A stretch of 64,000 nt of DNA, taken from NCBI GenBank assembly GCA_022071975.1, contig JAJVIO010000034.1:5853-69852 (forward strand), written 5' to 3'. Below are positions 25,165 to 34,457 of this stretch, one piece after another. Positions within the stretch are counted from its first letter, which is position 1; each line of letters starts with the position of its first letter. The notes under the pieces are model-generated. The model was not told the DNA's origin and searched no databases. It saw only the letters and a program-made list of their open reading frames with translations. This stretch comes from Planctomycetota bacterium (GTDB lineage Bacteria > Planctomycetota > UBA8742 > UBA2392). The translations under genes and the position numbers were made by a program.

Positions 25165-28100
25165 GTGGCGACGGGTACCTGTATGGAAGAAACGGGAAAT
25201 CCATCCGCTGACCGGCACGGCGCTCTGCGCTGGTGTGCCCAGCAGTGCACACAGCGGGGCTGGCGCCTCGCCTGCTCGCTGCTGCGCAACAGCGCCGACG
25301 CCGAAGACGCCGTGCAGCAGGCTTTCCTGGTTGCGTTGCGCAAGCCGGATGACATCCCGCGAGATGACCCGTGGCCCTGGTTCGCCACGGTCATCGCCCT
25401 GGAGGCGCGCAACGTCAGGCGCAGGTACCAGCGTCCGCAGGCGTCCATTGACGCGGGGGAAGAGCCCATGCAGTTGCCCGACCACCGGCACACACCGGCC
25501 GAAGACAGCCTGGAAAGCCGCGAACTCGCGCAGCAGCTCGCGGTGGCGCTGGACGAGCTGCCGGGCGACGAGCGCGAAGCCCTGGTGCTGACGGAGCTCG
25601 GCGGCATGAGCTATGCCGAATCGGCCAGGGCGCTGGGCGTCCCGCTGAGCACCTTCAACCACCGGGTTTCACGCGGCCTCCAGAAGCTGCGCAAGAAACT
25701 CGGCGTGGGCGACGCCGCTGTGCTGGGCTGCCTCCCGTTCCTTCCTGTGAATGAGCCGCCGGCGACTCTCGAGCTGTTTCTTGAGTCGAAACTGGCGGCG
25801 GCCAGCGGGTCGGCAGTGCCCGCAACCGTAATCATCGCAGGAATCGCCATGAAGAAGACTGTTCTGCTTGTCAGCATTCTGGTTCTTGTACTGCTGGTGG
25901 GCTTCGGAGCCATGGTTGTAGCGCTGGACCCGGATGCCGATCCCTCCTCCGCCGAACGCTCAGCTTCGAAGCCGACGGCGCTGGAGCCAGCGCTCCCAGT
26001 CGAAACCGGGCCGCAGGTCGCGCCGTTTCCTGGGACCGAAGCACCAGCCGGAACCACCTCGGGCCCTTCCGCGAACACCGCCGAGGACGCCGCGAAGCCC
26101 ACGGAGGGCGGTCCCGCGCCGCGGGCCACGGACGAGGCCATCGATGAAGAGGAAGAACTCGAAGACTCCTGGCCGGTCAGCCGTCCCGAACGTGAGCCGA
26201 CCCTGGAGCTGGCGAAGGCGAAAGTGCGTGACGCGCGCATCATTCACTCGATCGGAGAAAGCGAGCCCTGGACCGTACACGAGGAGCCTCACACGCTGCT
26301 GGTTTCGCCCGACGACAGCTTCGTGATCGCGGCCGCCAGGCAGTCCCTGCTTCGTTTTGACGCCCGCAGCGGCGAGACGCTCTGGGCGCTGTCCGTCGAG
26401 CCGGATCCGGTGGACGCCGTGACACTGAGCCCCGACGGCGCGCGCCTGGCCGTCGCAACCCAGGAACGCGTTGTCATGCTGGATACGTCAGACGGCCGTC
26501 GCATTGAGGGCGAAGACCTGATGTCTCCCGCGGACGCCCTGGCCTGGTCGCCCGACGGCGAGCGCCTGGCGGTTGCACATCGGCGCGGCGTAGAGGTTTT
26601 CGAGCTGAAGAGCGCGCGGTCATTGTTCCGATACCGGTTCACGAACACGCCCTGGTTTGTGCGCGGCCCGATCAGGCAGCTGCGATTCAGCGACGACGGC
26701 ACGCGCCTTTTGTGCGCCCGCATCGACGGGCCTTCCGAAGAAAACGCACTGCAGGTTCTGGATGCGGTAACCGGCGAGCTGCTACGTAATGTCCGGATTG
26801 CCGAGTTGGGACTTGCCGCGGCCGGCAACATGGTGCTGGCAAGCGATGGACAGCACGCCGTTCTCGAGGCCATAGACGACGCCGAGTTCGTGATGAGCTT
26901 CGATGAGTTTACGGAAATCCACCCCATCAGCGGAAGTGAAGCGGAACTCGACGAAGTCTACCGCAAGCGCCGCAAAGAGTACGCGGAGTACCTGGCGACT
27001 AAGGGCCTCACAGAAGAGCCCGTGAACCACCAGGCTGCTCGCTTCGCGGCGGTCATCAACGTCGCGGACGGCAAGCTTGAGAAGCGAGTGGATATGCGGG
27101 GCAACCGCGGCCACAGCGTGCGTTTCGCCCTCAGTGGCGACGGAGGCACGCTCGCTGCGTGGAGCGTGGACGTCGCGCGCTTGTATGACTGCGGCGTATG
27201 GTTAGAGCGCGCCACGGCCGCCATCTCCACCAGCAGCACGGCTCTGGCGTTCAACAGCCGCGGCGACGTGCTGTTCTGCAGCGACGGCCTGCGGTTACGC
27301 CGCATCGGCGTCAACGACGGGCGAGAGATCGAGCCGGAAGCGCACCTGGGTCTGAAGCCCGACGGCAAGTACCTGTGCCTGTCAGCGGACGGCAAGGTCG
27401 CCCTGTTCACTGAGGACCAAGGGCTGGTCGCCTTTGACTTTTCATCGCGCCAGGTGCTGTGGCGCAAGAAGGACCTGCAGCCTGCCAGCAGCGCGAACTC
27501 GTTCACCAGCGATGGTTCGTGTGTTTTTGCCATGCAGCGCCCCGCGAACCAGCCTGTGCTGCTGGACACCTTCACTGGCGAGGTTACGCGCGAACTGGCC
27601 TGGCCGGCAGGAGTAAAGCCCTCTCAGGGCATCGTGGTGTCGGGCGACGGTTCTACGGCGGCAACCGTGTGCGAGCCAACGGACGGAGACTGGTGGACGC
27701 ACTCGGTGCTATGGCGTCAGTCGCAGGACTATCAACCTGCTGTCTATCAGGTCGATGGCACGACTCGCTTCGGCATGATGGGCCTGCTGGAGCTGAACCA
27801 CGACGCTACCCGCGGCGCCACCCCGGCCTGGGAAGGCTTCATCGTGTGGGACTTCACGGCGGAGACCTACCGCGTTGTGAAGACCCGGCAGGGTTTCATG
27901 AACAACACCACGCTGCGCATGACCCCGGACGGCTCGCAGCTGCTGGCGGTGGCGATGACGCAGAAGCCGCAGTTCTGGCGCATCGACCTGGCCACGGACG
28001 CCGTCACCAACGTCAAGATCAACCACGGCAAGGACGGCGAGTACGGCGAGTTCCGCGACTTCCTGCTCGCGCCTGACGGCAAGTCGTTGCTGATGGCCCC

Positions 28101-28269
28101 GGTCGGGAAGAACCTCTCCATCCTGCGTGTAGAGCTCGAGTCGGGCAAAGTGCTCGACCAGTTCCCCGGCCACCGCGACACCATCGAGCGCCTGGCCCGC
28201 AGCGCCGACGGCAGCGTGATGGCCAGCGTCAGCGAAGACGGCGTGCTCTACTTCTGGCGCATGGAGTAA
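25165..28269 (+). CDS. ECF sigma-70 family factor fused to a TM helix and a large WD40/beta-propeller domain (single ORF)
   Basis: Region 2: DAEDAVQQAFLVAL. Region 4: LPGDEREALVLTELGGMSYAESARALGVPLSTFNHRVSRGLQKLR. TM helix: VLLVSILVLVLLVGFGAMVVAL. A Pro/Ala/Glu linker follows. Then repeated SPDG..LAVA blocks, ending PGHRDTIERLARSADGSVMASVSEDGVLYFW. The alternative start ATG 25183 is possible. Confidence 0.85.
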   Translation: MATGTCMEETGNPSADRHGALRWCAQQCTQRGWRLACSLLRNSADAEDAVQQAFLVALRKPDDIPRDDPWPWFATVIALEARNVRRRYQRPQASIDAGEEPMQLPDHRHTPAEDSLESRELAQQLAVALDELPGDEREALVLTELGGMSYAESARALGVPLSTFNHRVSRGLQKLRKKLGVGDAAVLGCLPFLPVNEPPATLELFLESKLAAASGSAVPATVIIAGIAMKKTVLLVSILVLVLLVGFGAMVVALDPDADPSSAERSASKPTALEPALPVETGPQVAPFPGTEAPAGTTSGPSANTAEDAAKPTEGGPAPRATDEAIDEEEELEDSWPVSRPEREPTLELAKAKVRDARIIHSIGESEPWTVHEEPHTLLVSPDDSFVIAAARQSLLRFDARSGETLWALSVEPDPVDAVTLSPDGARLAVATQERVVMLDTSDGRRIEGEDLMSPADALAWSPDGERLAVAHRRGVEVFELKSARSLFRYRFTNTPWFVRGPIRQLRFSDDGTRLLCARIDGPSEENALQVLDAVTGELLRNVRIAELGLAAAGNMVLASDGQHAVLEAIDDAEFVMSFDEFTEIHPISGSEAELDEVYRKRRKEYAEYLATKGLTEEPVNHQAARFAAVINVADGKLEKRVDMRGNRGHSVRFALSGDGGTLAAWSVDVARLYDCGVWLERATAAISTSSTALAFNSRGDVLFCSDGLRLRRIGVNDGREIEPEAHLGLKPDGKYLCLSADGKVALFTEDQGLVAFDFSSRQVLWRKKDLQPASSANSFTSDGSCVFAMQRPANQPVLLDTFTGEVTRELAWPAGVKPSQGIVVSGDGSTAATVCEPTDGDWWTHSVLWRQSQDYQPAVYQVDGTTRFGMMGLLELNHDATRGATPAWEGFIVWDFTAETYRVVKTRQGFMNNTTLRMTPDGSQLLAVAMTQKPQFWRIDLATDAVTNVKINHGKDGEYGEFRDFLLAPDGKSLLMAPVGKNLSILRVELESGKVLDQFPGHRDTIERLARSADGSVMASVSEDGVLYFWRME

Positions 28270-28304
28270 GTTGACCGTTCATCGGCCGGGGTGAAGATGG
28301 GCTC

Positions 28305-29159
28305 ATGCGTATCTTCATCTCGGCCGACATGGACGGCATCACCGGCATCACCCACCCGGACCAGATGTTCGAGGGCAGGCCGGGGTACGCCGCCGGCTGC
28401 GAGGCCATGACCGCCGACGTGAACGCCGCCATCGAGGGAGCACTACGGGCCGCGCCCGGGGCCGAGTTCGTGGTGGCCGACGGGCACTCCCAGGGGCGCA
28501 ACCTGCTGATCGAGAAGCTGCATGAAACGGCCGCGCTGGTGTGCGGGCCCATGCACGAAACCTCGCGCCCGCTCAGCCAGGCCCAGGGCATCGAGGGTTG
28601 CCAACTCGCCTTTTTTGTCGGCTACCACGCCAAGGCCGGCACCGAGGGCGGCCTGCTGGCCCACACCTGGGCCGGGCCGGTGATCGCCGACGTGCGCCTG
28701 AACGGGCTCAGCGTCGGCGAGGTCGGCATCAACGCGGCCGTGGCCGGGCACTGGGACATCCCGCTCGGCATGATCAGCGGCGCCCACGATTTGCGCCCTG
28801 AGCTGGACGCGCTGAACTGCGGCACACTGCTGGCCCAGACCAAGCAAAGTTACGGCCGCACAGCCGCCCTGTGCCTGAGCGCAAAGAAGTCACGAGCGGT
28901 GATAGCGGAAGCCGCGGAAGCGGCCGTGAGAGCACTGCAGCAGGGCAGGCTGGAGCCATTCAAGCCAGCGCTGCCGGTCACCATGGAGGTGGACACCCAC
29001 CGCCGCGAGCAAGCTCAGAAGGCCGCCCAGGTGCCAGGCGTGAAGCAGACAGAAGAGCGCACAGTAAGTGTAACGGCCGAATCCACTTTGCAGGCCGCAC
29101 TCACTATGTGGAAAGCCATGTGCCACGCCCAGGACGAAGCGCCCAACTGGCTGAAGTAG
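28305..29159 (+). CDS. M55-family peptidase (DppA D-aminopeptidase-like)
   Basis: MRIFISADMDGITGIT..., ADGHSQGRNLL and GYHAKAGT. Confidence 0.8.
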   Translation: MRIFISADMDGITGITHPDQMFEGRPGYAAGCEAMTADVNAAIEGALRAAPGAEFVVADGHSQGRNLLIEKLHETAALVCGPMHETSRPLSQAQGIEGCQLAFFVGYHAKAGTEGGLLAHTWAGPVIADVRLNGLSVGEVGINAAVAGHWDIPLGMISGAHDLRPELDALNCGTLLAQTKQSYGRTAALCLSAKKSRAVIAEAAEAAVRALQQGRLEPFKPALPVTMEVDTHRREQAQKAAQVPGVKQTEERTVSVTAESTLQAALTMWKAMCHAQDEAPNWLK

Positions 29160-29162
29160 CGG

Positions 29163-30458
29163 CTACGGCTCGGGGACCAGCTCTACGAGTGTGATCTCGG
29201 GCGGGCAGTTCACCCTTACGGGCAGCCAGCCCCCGGCGCCGGCGTTTACGTACAGGCGGCGCGGCCGTGACCAGAGCTGTGTGCTCTCGGCATGTTCGTA
29301 GTAGCCGTTGTGGTAGAAATCTATCGGCAGGATCGGCGTCAGCGCCGCGTCGCCGATGCGCCCGAGGTTGATCTGCCCGCCGTGGGTGTGGCCGCTGAGC
29401 ATCAGGTCCAGCGGCATTTCGCGCCCCTCGTAAAACGTGCGCGGGTGGTGGCTCAGCACGATGCGCGGCGCGCCGTCGTCGGCCATCTGGCCCGTGGTGT
29501 GCAGCAGGCTGTCGCGCGTGCTGCGCCCGGAAATCGAGCCGCCGCGCTGCGGGTAGTCGGTCGCCCCGAGCCACAGCATGTCGCCGCCGAACTCCAGCGC
29601 GCGGGCCTCGTCCACCAGCATCACGCCGCCCCCCTGCGCGAACTCGTCCAGCATGCGCTTCATGTTGTTCGGCCGCGCGGTGTAGTACTCGTGGTTGCCC
29701 ATGCACATGTAGATCTCGCCGCGCCTGGGTCTGAGCCGCGACAGGAACCAGCGGGCAAGTTCCACCTGGTCCATGTGGTTGTCGGTGAGGTCGCCTGTTA
29801 CGACGTGGATGTCGGCGTTTGCGGCGTTCATGGCGTCCACCACACCGTGCACGCGCTCGCGGTCCATGTAACTGCCGATGTGCACGTCGCTGACCTGCGC
29901 CAGCGTGACGCCGTGCAGGCCCGTGAATTCGCGCCGCACGGGCAGGCGCAGCCGGGTGATCACGGGCGCACCCATGTAGCTGGCCACACCGGCGCCCGAG
30001 AACACCAGCGCCGCGGCCGGCACAGCCAGCGAGGCGCGGGCCAGCAGCCTGCGGCGTTCTTGGTTAACCGGAGCGGGATCCTGCCTGCGCACGCGGCGAA
30101 CCAGTGCGGCGACCCAGGCTGGCGCGCGCGTGGCGAGCAGCACCACGCCGTAGGTCCAGGCCGCGAACTGGGCGGCCATGCTCAGCACCTGGGCCCATTC
30201 GGGCAGGCCGTCGCGCACCGCGCGCAGGCCGGACCAGCCGCCAAGCGCCATGGCCAGCGAGGGGTGCAGCAACACCAGCATCAGCACGCCCGCCAAGATG
30301 CCAAGCAGGCGGCCGCGTTTCGGGAAAGCCAGCTTCAACCGGCGGCGCAAAGCCAGCCAGATCAGCAGGTTCAGAAGCGCCGTGATCATTCCGCCGAACT
30401 GGAACATGGTATTGCCTATAACGGCCGACGGCCCCGGGCATTCCCGGAATTCGGGCAC
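29163..30458 (-). CDS. membrane-anchored metallophosphoesterase, paralog 3
   Basis: VSDVHIG, TGDLTDN, GNHEY and SGHTHGGQ motifs. C-terminus VNCPPEITLVELV. Confidence 0.9.
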   Translation of the reverse strand: MPEFRECPGPSAVIGNTMFQFGGMITALLNLLIWLALRRRLKLAFPKRGRLLGILAGVLMLVLLHPSLAMALGGWSGLRAVRDGLPEWAQVLSMAAQFAAWTYGVVLLATRAPAWVAALVRRVRRQDPAPVNQERRRLLARASLAVPAAALVFSGAGVASYMGAPVITRLRLPVRREFTGLHGVTLAQVSDVHIGSYMDRERVHGVVDAMNAANADIHVVTGDLTDNHMDQVELARWFLSRLRPRRGEIYMCMGNHEYYTARPNNMKRMLDEFAQGGGVMLVDEARALEFGGDMLWLGATDYPQRGGSISGRSTRDSLLHTTGQMADDGAPRIVLSHHPRTFYEGREMPLDLMLSGHTHGGQINLGRIGDAALTPILPIDFYHNGYYEHAESTQLWSRPRRLYVNAGAGGWLPVRVNCPPEITLVELVPEP

Positions 30459-30554
30459 GACACCAAGGCTACACGTCGGCCTTTCCCGATGTTCTAATGC
30501 GGACGAAATCGCGCCGGGCTGGCGTTTGGATTACGGGCAAGGAAAGAGACTGAC

Positions 30555-31637
30555 ATGGCCGGCACTGTGATGCCCTCGCCCATCAGGGTCGAGGAAGACG
30601 AGGCGGAAAACATCGAGCGCATCCGGCAGATCAAGGCCGAGCGCGGCGATTCATTGATCATCCTGGCCCACCACTACCAGCGCCTGGGCGTGCACGCCTG
30701 CGGCGACGTCACCGGCGACTCTTACGCCCTGTGCAAGGCGGCCGCGAATACCGACAAGGCCCGCGACATCGTGTTCTGCGGCGTGCGCTTCATGGTCACC
30801 AGCGCCGCGGTGCTGTGCCGCGACGACCAGATTGTCTACCACCCGGATCGCAACGCCGGCTGCCCCATGGCAGACATGGCCAATCTGCCCCAGGTTCTCA
30901 CCAGCTGGAAGGAACTGGGCGAAGTGGTTGATACCAAGGCCGTGGTGCCGGTCGTGTACATGAACAGCGACCTCGACCTGAAGGCCTTCTGCGGCGAACG
31001 CGGGGGGATCGTCTGCACCAGCAGCAACGCGGGCAAGGTGTTCGACTGGTGCTTCGAGCGTGGCGAGAAAATCTTCTTCTTCCCCGACGAGCATCTCGGC
31101 CGCAACACCGCCAACAAGTACGGCATCAAGCGCGAGCAGATCGTGCTGTGGGACCCCAAGCTGCCCTTCGGCGGCCTGAGCCACGAGCAGATCCGCAACG
31201 CGAAAGTGATCCTGTGGAAGGGCTACTGCCACGTGCACACGCGCTTCAGCGTCGAGATGATCGAGAAAGCGCGCGCGGAGCACGAGGGCATCAAGGTGAT
31301 CGTGCACCCGGAGTGCACAGAGGAAACCGTGGCGGCCGCGGACTACAGCGGCAGCACGGGCTTCATCCAGGACTACGTCATCAACAGGATGAAGCCGGGC
31401 GACAAGGTGGCGATCGGCACGGAAGTGAACATGATCCACCGGCTTGCGGTGCAGCACCCGGACAAGCTGGTCATTCCGCTGGTGCGTAGCCTGTGCCCCA
31501 ACATGTTCAAGATCAGCACCGGCGACCTGCGCGACTGCCTGGAAAACCTGGACACCTGGGAGCCGGTAAAGGCAGAGCCGAATGAGAAGCGCTTCGCCCG
31601 CGTCGCGCTGGACAACATGCTGTCCTGCGCCGGGTAA
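30555..31637 (+). CDS. nadA: quinolinate synthase
   Basis: ILAHHYQR, CTSSNA and VHPEC motifs, plus overall length. Confidence 0.95.
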   Translation: MAGTVMPSPIRVEEDEAENIERIRQIKAERGDSLIILAHHYQRLGVHACGDVTGDSYALCKAAANTDKARDIVFCGVRFMVTSAAVLCRDDQIVYHPDRNAGCPMADMANLPQVLTSWKELGEVVDTKAVVPVVYMNSDLDLKAFCGERGGIVCTSSNAGKVFDWCFERGEKIFFFPDEHLGRNTANKYGIKREQIVLWDPKLPFGGLSHEQIRNAKVILWKGYCHVHTRFSVEMIEKARAEHEGIKVIVHPECTEETVAAADYSGSTGFIQDYVINRMKPGDKVAIGTEVNMIHRLAVQHPDKLVIPLVRSLCPNMFKISTGDLRDCLENLDTWEPVKAEPNEKRFARVALDNMLSCAG

Positions 31638-31756
31638 GTTGAATCTCCGCTTGCCGGGTTTTTCGGCGCGCGGAATAATGCTAGACAGCCGGTTGTTACT
31701 CACGCAGATACGCGCAAGGTGCGCAGGACCAACGCCCCACCAGGCGTTTACGGAGA

Positions 31757-32086
31757 TTGAACATGGCAGGACCGAATACAAAGGAAGTCACCGGCGCCAA
31801 CCTGGAGGACTTCACCAAGGGCGTCTCGATGGTTGACTTCACCGCTACCTGGTGCGGCCCCTGCCAGGTGCTGGGCCCCATCGTGGACAAGCTCGCTACC
31901 GAGTTCGCGGGCAAGGTCAGCGTCGGCAAGTGCGACATCGACAAGAACCCTGACGTGGCCGGCGCCTTCGGCATCATGGGCGTGCCCACGCTGGTGTTCT
32001 TCAAGGGCGGACAGATGGTAGACCAGCACGTCGGCCTGCTGCCCGAGACCGCCCTGCGCGAAAAACTCAAGAAGCTCGCGGGCTGA
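31757..32086 (+). CDS. trxA: thioredoxin
   Basis: DFTATWCGPCQVLGP active site. 109 aa. Confidence 0.95.
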   Translation: MNMAGPNTKEVTGANLEDFTKGVSMVDFTATWCGPCQVLGPIVDKLATEFAGKVSVGKCDIDKNPDVAGAFGIMGVPTLVFFKGGQMVDQHVGLLPETALREKLKKLAG

Positions 32087-32104
32087 ATCAAATTGATTCA
32101 ACCG

Positions 32105-32136
32105 GACCCGGGCCTCGCGCCCGGGTCTTTGTATTT
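32105..32136 (+). terminator. rho-independent terminator after trxA
   Basis: gacccgggc-ctcgc-gcccgggtc followed by tttgtattt. Confidence 0.75.
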
Positions 32137-32332
32137 GCCTGCCCAAGCCTTCTCGCCAATCGACGAACATACCTGCGAAAAAAGCCTTGGCTTCTGTCGT
32201 CTGGCGAAGCCGAATACGCTAAGCTGTTCCGCAAACGGCGACGCCGACTAGACTGGTCTCCCTGCACATCGGGCACCTGCGGAGTGTAGGCGCCCGACGG
32301 AACAGCCTGCGGCGGCTGTATCGCGTCAGGAG

Positions 32333-33991
32333 TTGGTCATGACCCGAACCGCAATCGTAGCCGCGTCCTTATTGCTCATTCTCGCCACCATCTCACGGGC
32401 CAACGCACAGTCGGACGCCGAAGCCGCAATTGTAAAAGCGGCGCGTCACTACATCGAAACAGGAGACGGAGACGTTCTTCGATTGAAGACACAGTTTCGA
32501 AGGCTCCCCGTGGAACTCGCCGAAGACGTGCTGGCCGAGGAACTCAAATCACGCGACGCCGCAGTTCTTGAGAGGGCCCTGCTGCTGGCCTTGTCCAGTG
32601 ATTGCTCCAGGATCGTAAAACAGTGCGAGAAGCTGACCAAATCAAAGGAGGAAGTGGTCAGTCGCTATGCCGTACTGGTGGTGCTGTCCCGAGGCGATAT
32701 CAAGCAACGCAAGAAGGCTTTGGCGCAGTTCATGGACGCTCCGAATGCGTCAGGCGACTCCACGACCCTTACAATCATGAACCAATCCGTCTTCAGCGCG
32801 AAATTCGCTTCCGAACTGGAAGCTGCGCTGAAGAAATCCAAGTCTCCTGACAGCACCAACGCCAAAGTGGTAGAGCGCTGGCTGGCAGAACTGCTGGGGC
32901 GCCCCGACCTTGAGAAGAGCGCTCTTCTGAAGGACTACGACGACCTGCTGAAACAGCAAGAGACGCGAGTCAAACGCACCGAGGAACTGGCTCAAGGCAT
33001 GGACTACGAACTCGTCGGCTCGCTTTCGAACGACGAGTTCGACAAGGCCACGTTAGCCAGCGCACACCTCACCGCCGATGGGACAAAGTTCCTCGTGATG
33101 ATAACGCCGGACGAAAATGACGACGCACCAGCTGTCCACTGCTTTGAATTCGGCACCGGTAAACGCGTGTTCACGTCGCCTAGAATTCAGTCGCAGTATC
33201 CGCAACTCCTCGGGTTACGTGAATCCGTCAACGAGTTTGTTGTAAAGGCAGGCGCGGAGCTCCAGCGCTACAGCTTGGCCGACGGCACGCTGAAGGCCGC
33301 CGTGAGGATGGAAGACACTGGCTCGGTCTGCAGCATTTGCAACGAGGGAAACGAGCTGGCCCTGTCCAGCGAGGACCGGGTATGGGTAGCCGATATCGAA
33401 ACCGGGAAGACAACTCGCGAACTATTCAAAGGTGCGGGAAAGCCGTTCAACGAATTCTGCGCGACCTCAGAGGATGGGAAGCTGCTCGCCGTTTCGTTTT
33501 GGACCGGCAATGGCGACGAGCACGTCACGCGCATTTTTGACGTACCCGTCGGAAAGGAGCTGGCAAAACTGGAGAATGCGGGCCAATGCCTCGGTATTGG
33601 TCCAGACAACAAGTTGATTGTCCGTTTGGACCGACCTTTCAAGCATCAACGCATTATGGACTTCAAGACAGGCAAGGTACTCGCATGCATGGAACGCGGC
33701 GATACGGACATGCGGGTGCCGAACCACCCTATGCGAAGCTGGTGCCTCGAAACCGAGGATGACGCAGTTTGCCACGTGGTCTCGACGGAGACCGGCCGTA
33801 TCTGCGCCTCGGTTCGGGTGCCTTGCGATAACCGCGTGCGGCTTGACCCCGTCACCGCGCAGATCAGCACCGACGGCAGCCAGATTGTCGCGATCTCCGG
33901 CAGCTACTTCGCATATGGCTCTTTCGGAAATGAGTCAGCCGACAACGATAGACACGCACGCATTTACTTCTGGCGACGCAAGGCCCGCTAA
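32333..33991 (+). CDS. hypothetical secreted protein (helical N-half, propeller-like C-half)
   Basis: Signal peptide AASLLLILATISRANAQS. C-terminal blocks resemble WD-like repeats (EDGKLLAVSFWTG, TDGSQIVAISG...IYFWRRK). Lower GC than its flanks. Confidence 0.6.
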   Translation: MVMTRTAIVAASLLLILATISRANAQSDAEAAIVKAARHYIETGDGDVLRLKTQFRRLPVELAEDVLAEELKSRDAAVLERALLLALSSDCSRIVKQCEKLTKSKEEVVSRYAVLVVLSRGDIKQRKKALAQFMDAPNASGDSTTLTIMNQSVFSAKFASELEAALKKSKSPDSTNAKVVERWLAELLGRPDLEKSALLKDYDDLLKQQETRVKRTEELAQGMDYELVGSLSNDEFDKATLASAHLTADGTKFLVMITPDENDDAPAVHCFEFGTGKRVFTSPRIQSQYPQLLGLRESVNEFVVKAGAELQRYSLADGTLKAAVRMEDTGSVCSICNEGNELALSSEDRVWVADIETGKTTRELFKGAGKPFNEFCATSEDGKLLAVSFWTGNGDEHVTRIFDVPVGKELAKLENAGQCLGIGPDNKLIVRLDRPFKHQRIMDFKTGKVLACMERGDTDMRVPNHPMRSWCLETEDDAVCHVVSTETGRICASVRVPCDNRVRLDPVTAQISTDGSQIVAISGSYFAYGSFGNESADNDRHARIYFWRRKAR

Positions 33992-34055
33992 TCCGTTTTG
34001 TGATTTCGAATCGCCGACTCAGGGCCTTGATCTGGTTTTATTGGGGCAGCCGCCG

Positions 34056-34448
34056 CTACTCCCAGTTCTCGCGCAGGATGGCGAGCAGGCAGTCGTTCTC
34101 GTCCCAGAAGTACCACACGGTGGCCTCTGCGGCTTCACGGCCGGCGCGGGCTTCGTCGCTGCGCTCCATCACGGTGGTGTAGCGCACTTCACCGCGGCCT
34201 TTCAGCTCGTCGCTCCAGTTGCGCCAGTCGGGCGTGAAGTCTCCGCCCTGGGCCAGCTTCTCTTCCGCGAACTGGCCGAAGTTGGAGTACTTCACCACAT
34301 CCCCCGTGCCGAACACCATGGCGCGATCCGCCACGATGTCGGCCGCTTTCACGTCAGTCAGTACATCTTTGCGCGGATCGCCCAGAGAGTACTGGGGCCC
34401 GGCCGTGCAGCCAGCCAGCAGCAACGTGAACAGTAAAAGTCTACGCAT
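34056..34448 (-). CDS. hypothetical lipoprotein
   Basis: MRRLLLFTLLLAGC lipobox. Starts 9 nt downstream of the OMP gene. Confidence 0.6.
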   Translation of the reverse strand: MRRLLLFTLLLAGCTAGPQYSLGDPRKDVLTDVKAADIVADRAMVFGTGDVVKYSNFGQFAEEKLAQGGDFTPDWRNWSDELKGRGEVRYTTVMERSDEARAGREAAEATVWYFWDENDCLLAILRENWE

Positions 34449-34457
34449 GGCGCTCCC

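Noticed and set aside
30459-30554. NAD+ (nadA-motif) riboswitch upstream of nadA
   Set aside because: A ctttccc...gggcaaggaaag pairing exists, but I cannot find the tandem bulged-stem domains or the conserved nucleotides I associate with that class. The evidence is too weak to call.
30651-31781. 376-aa minus-strand ORF
   Set aside because: Antisense shadow of nadA.
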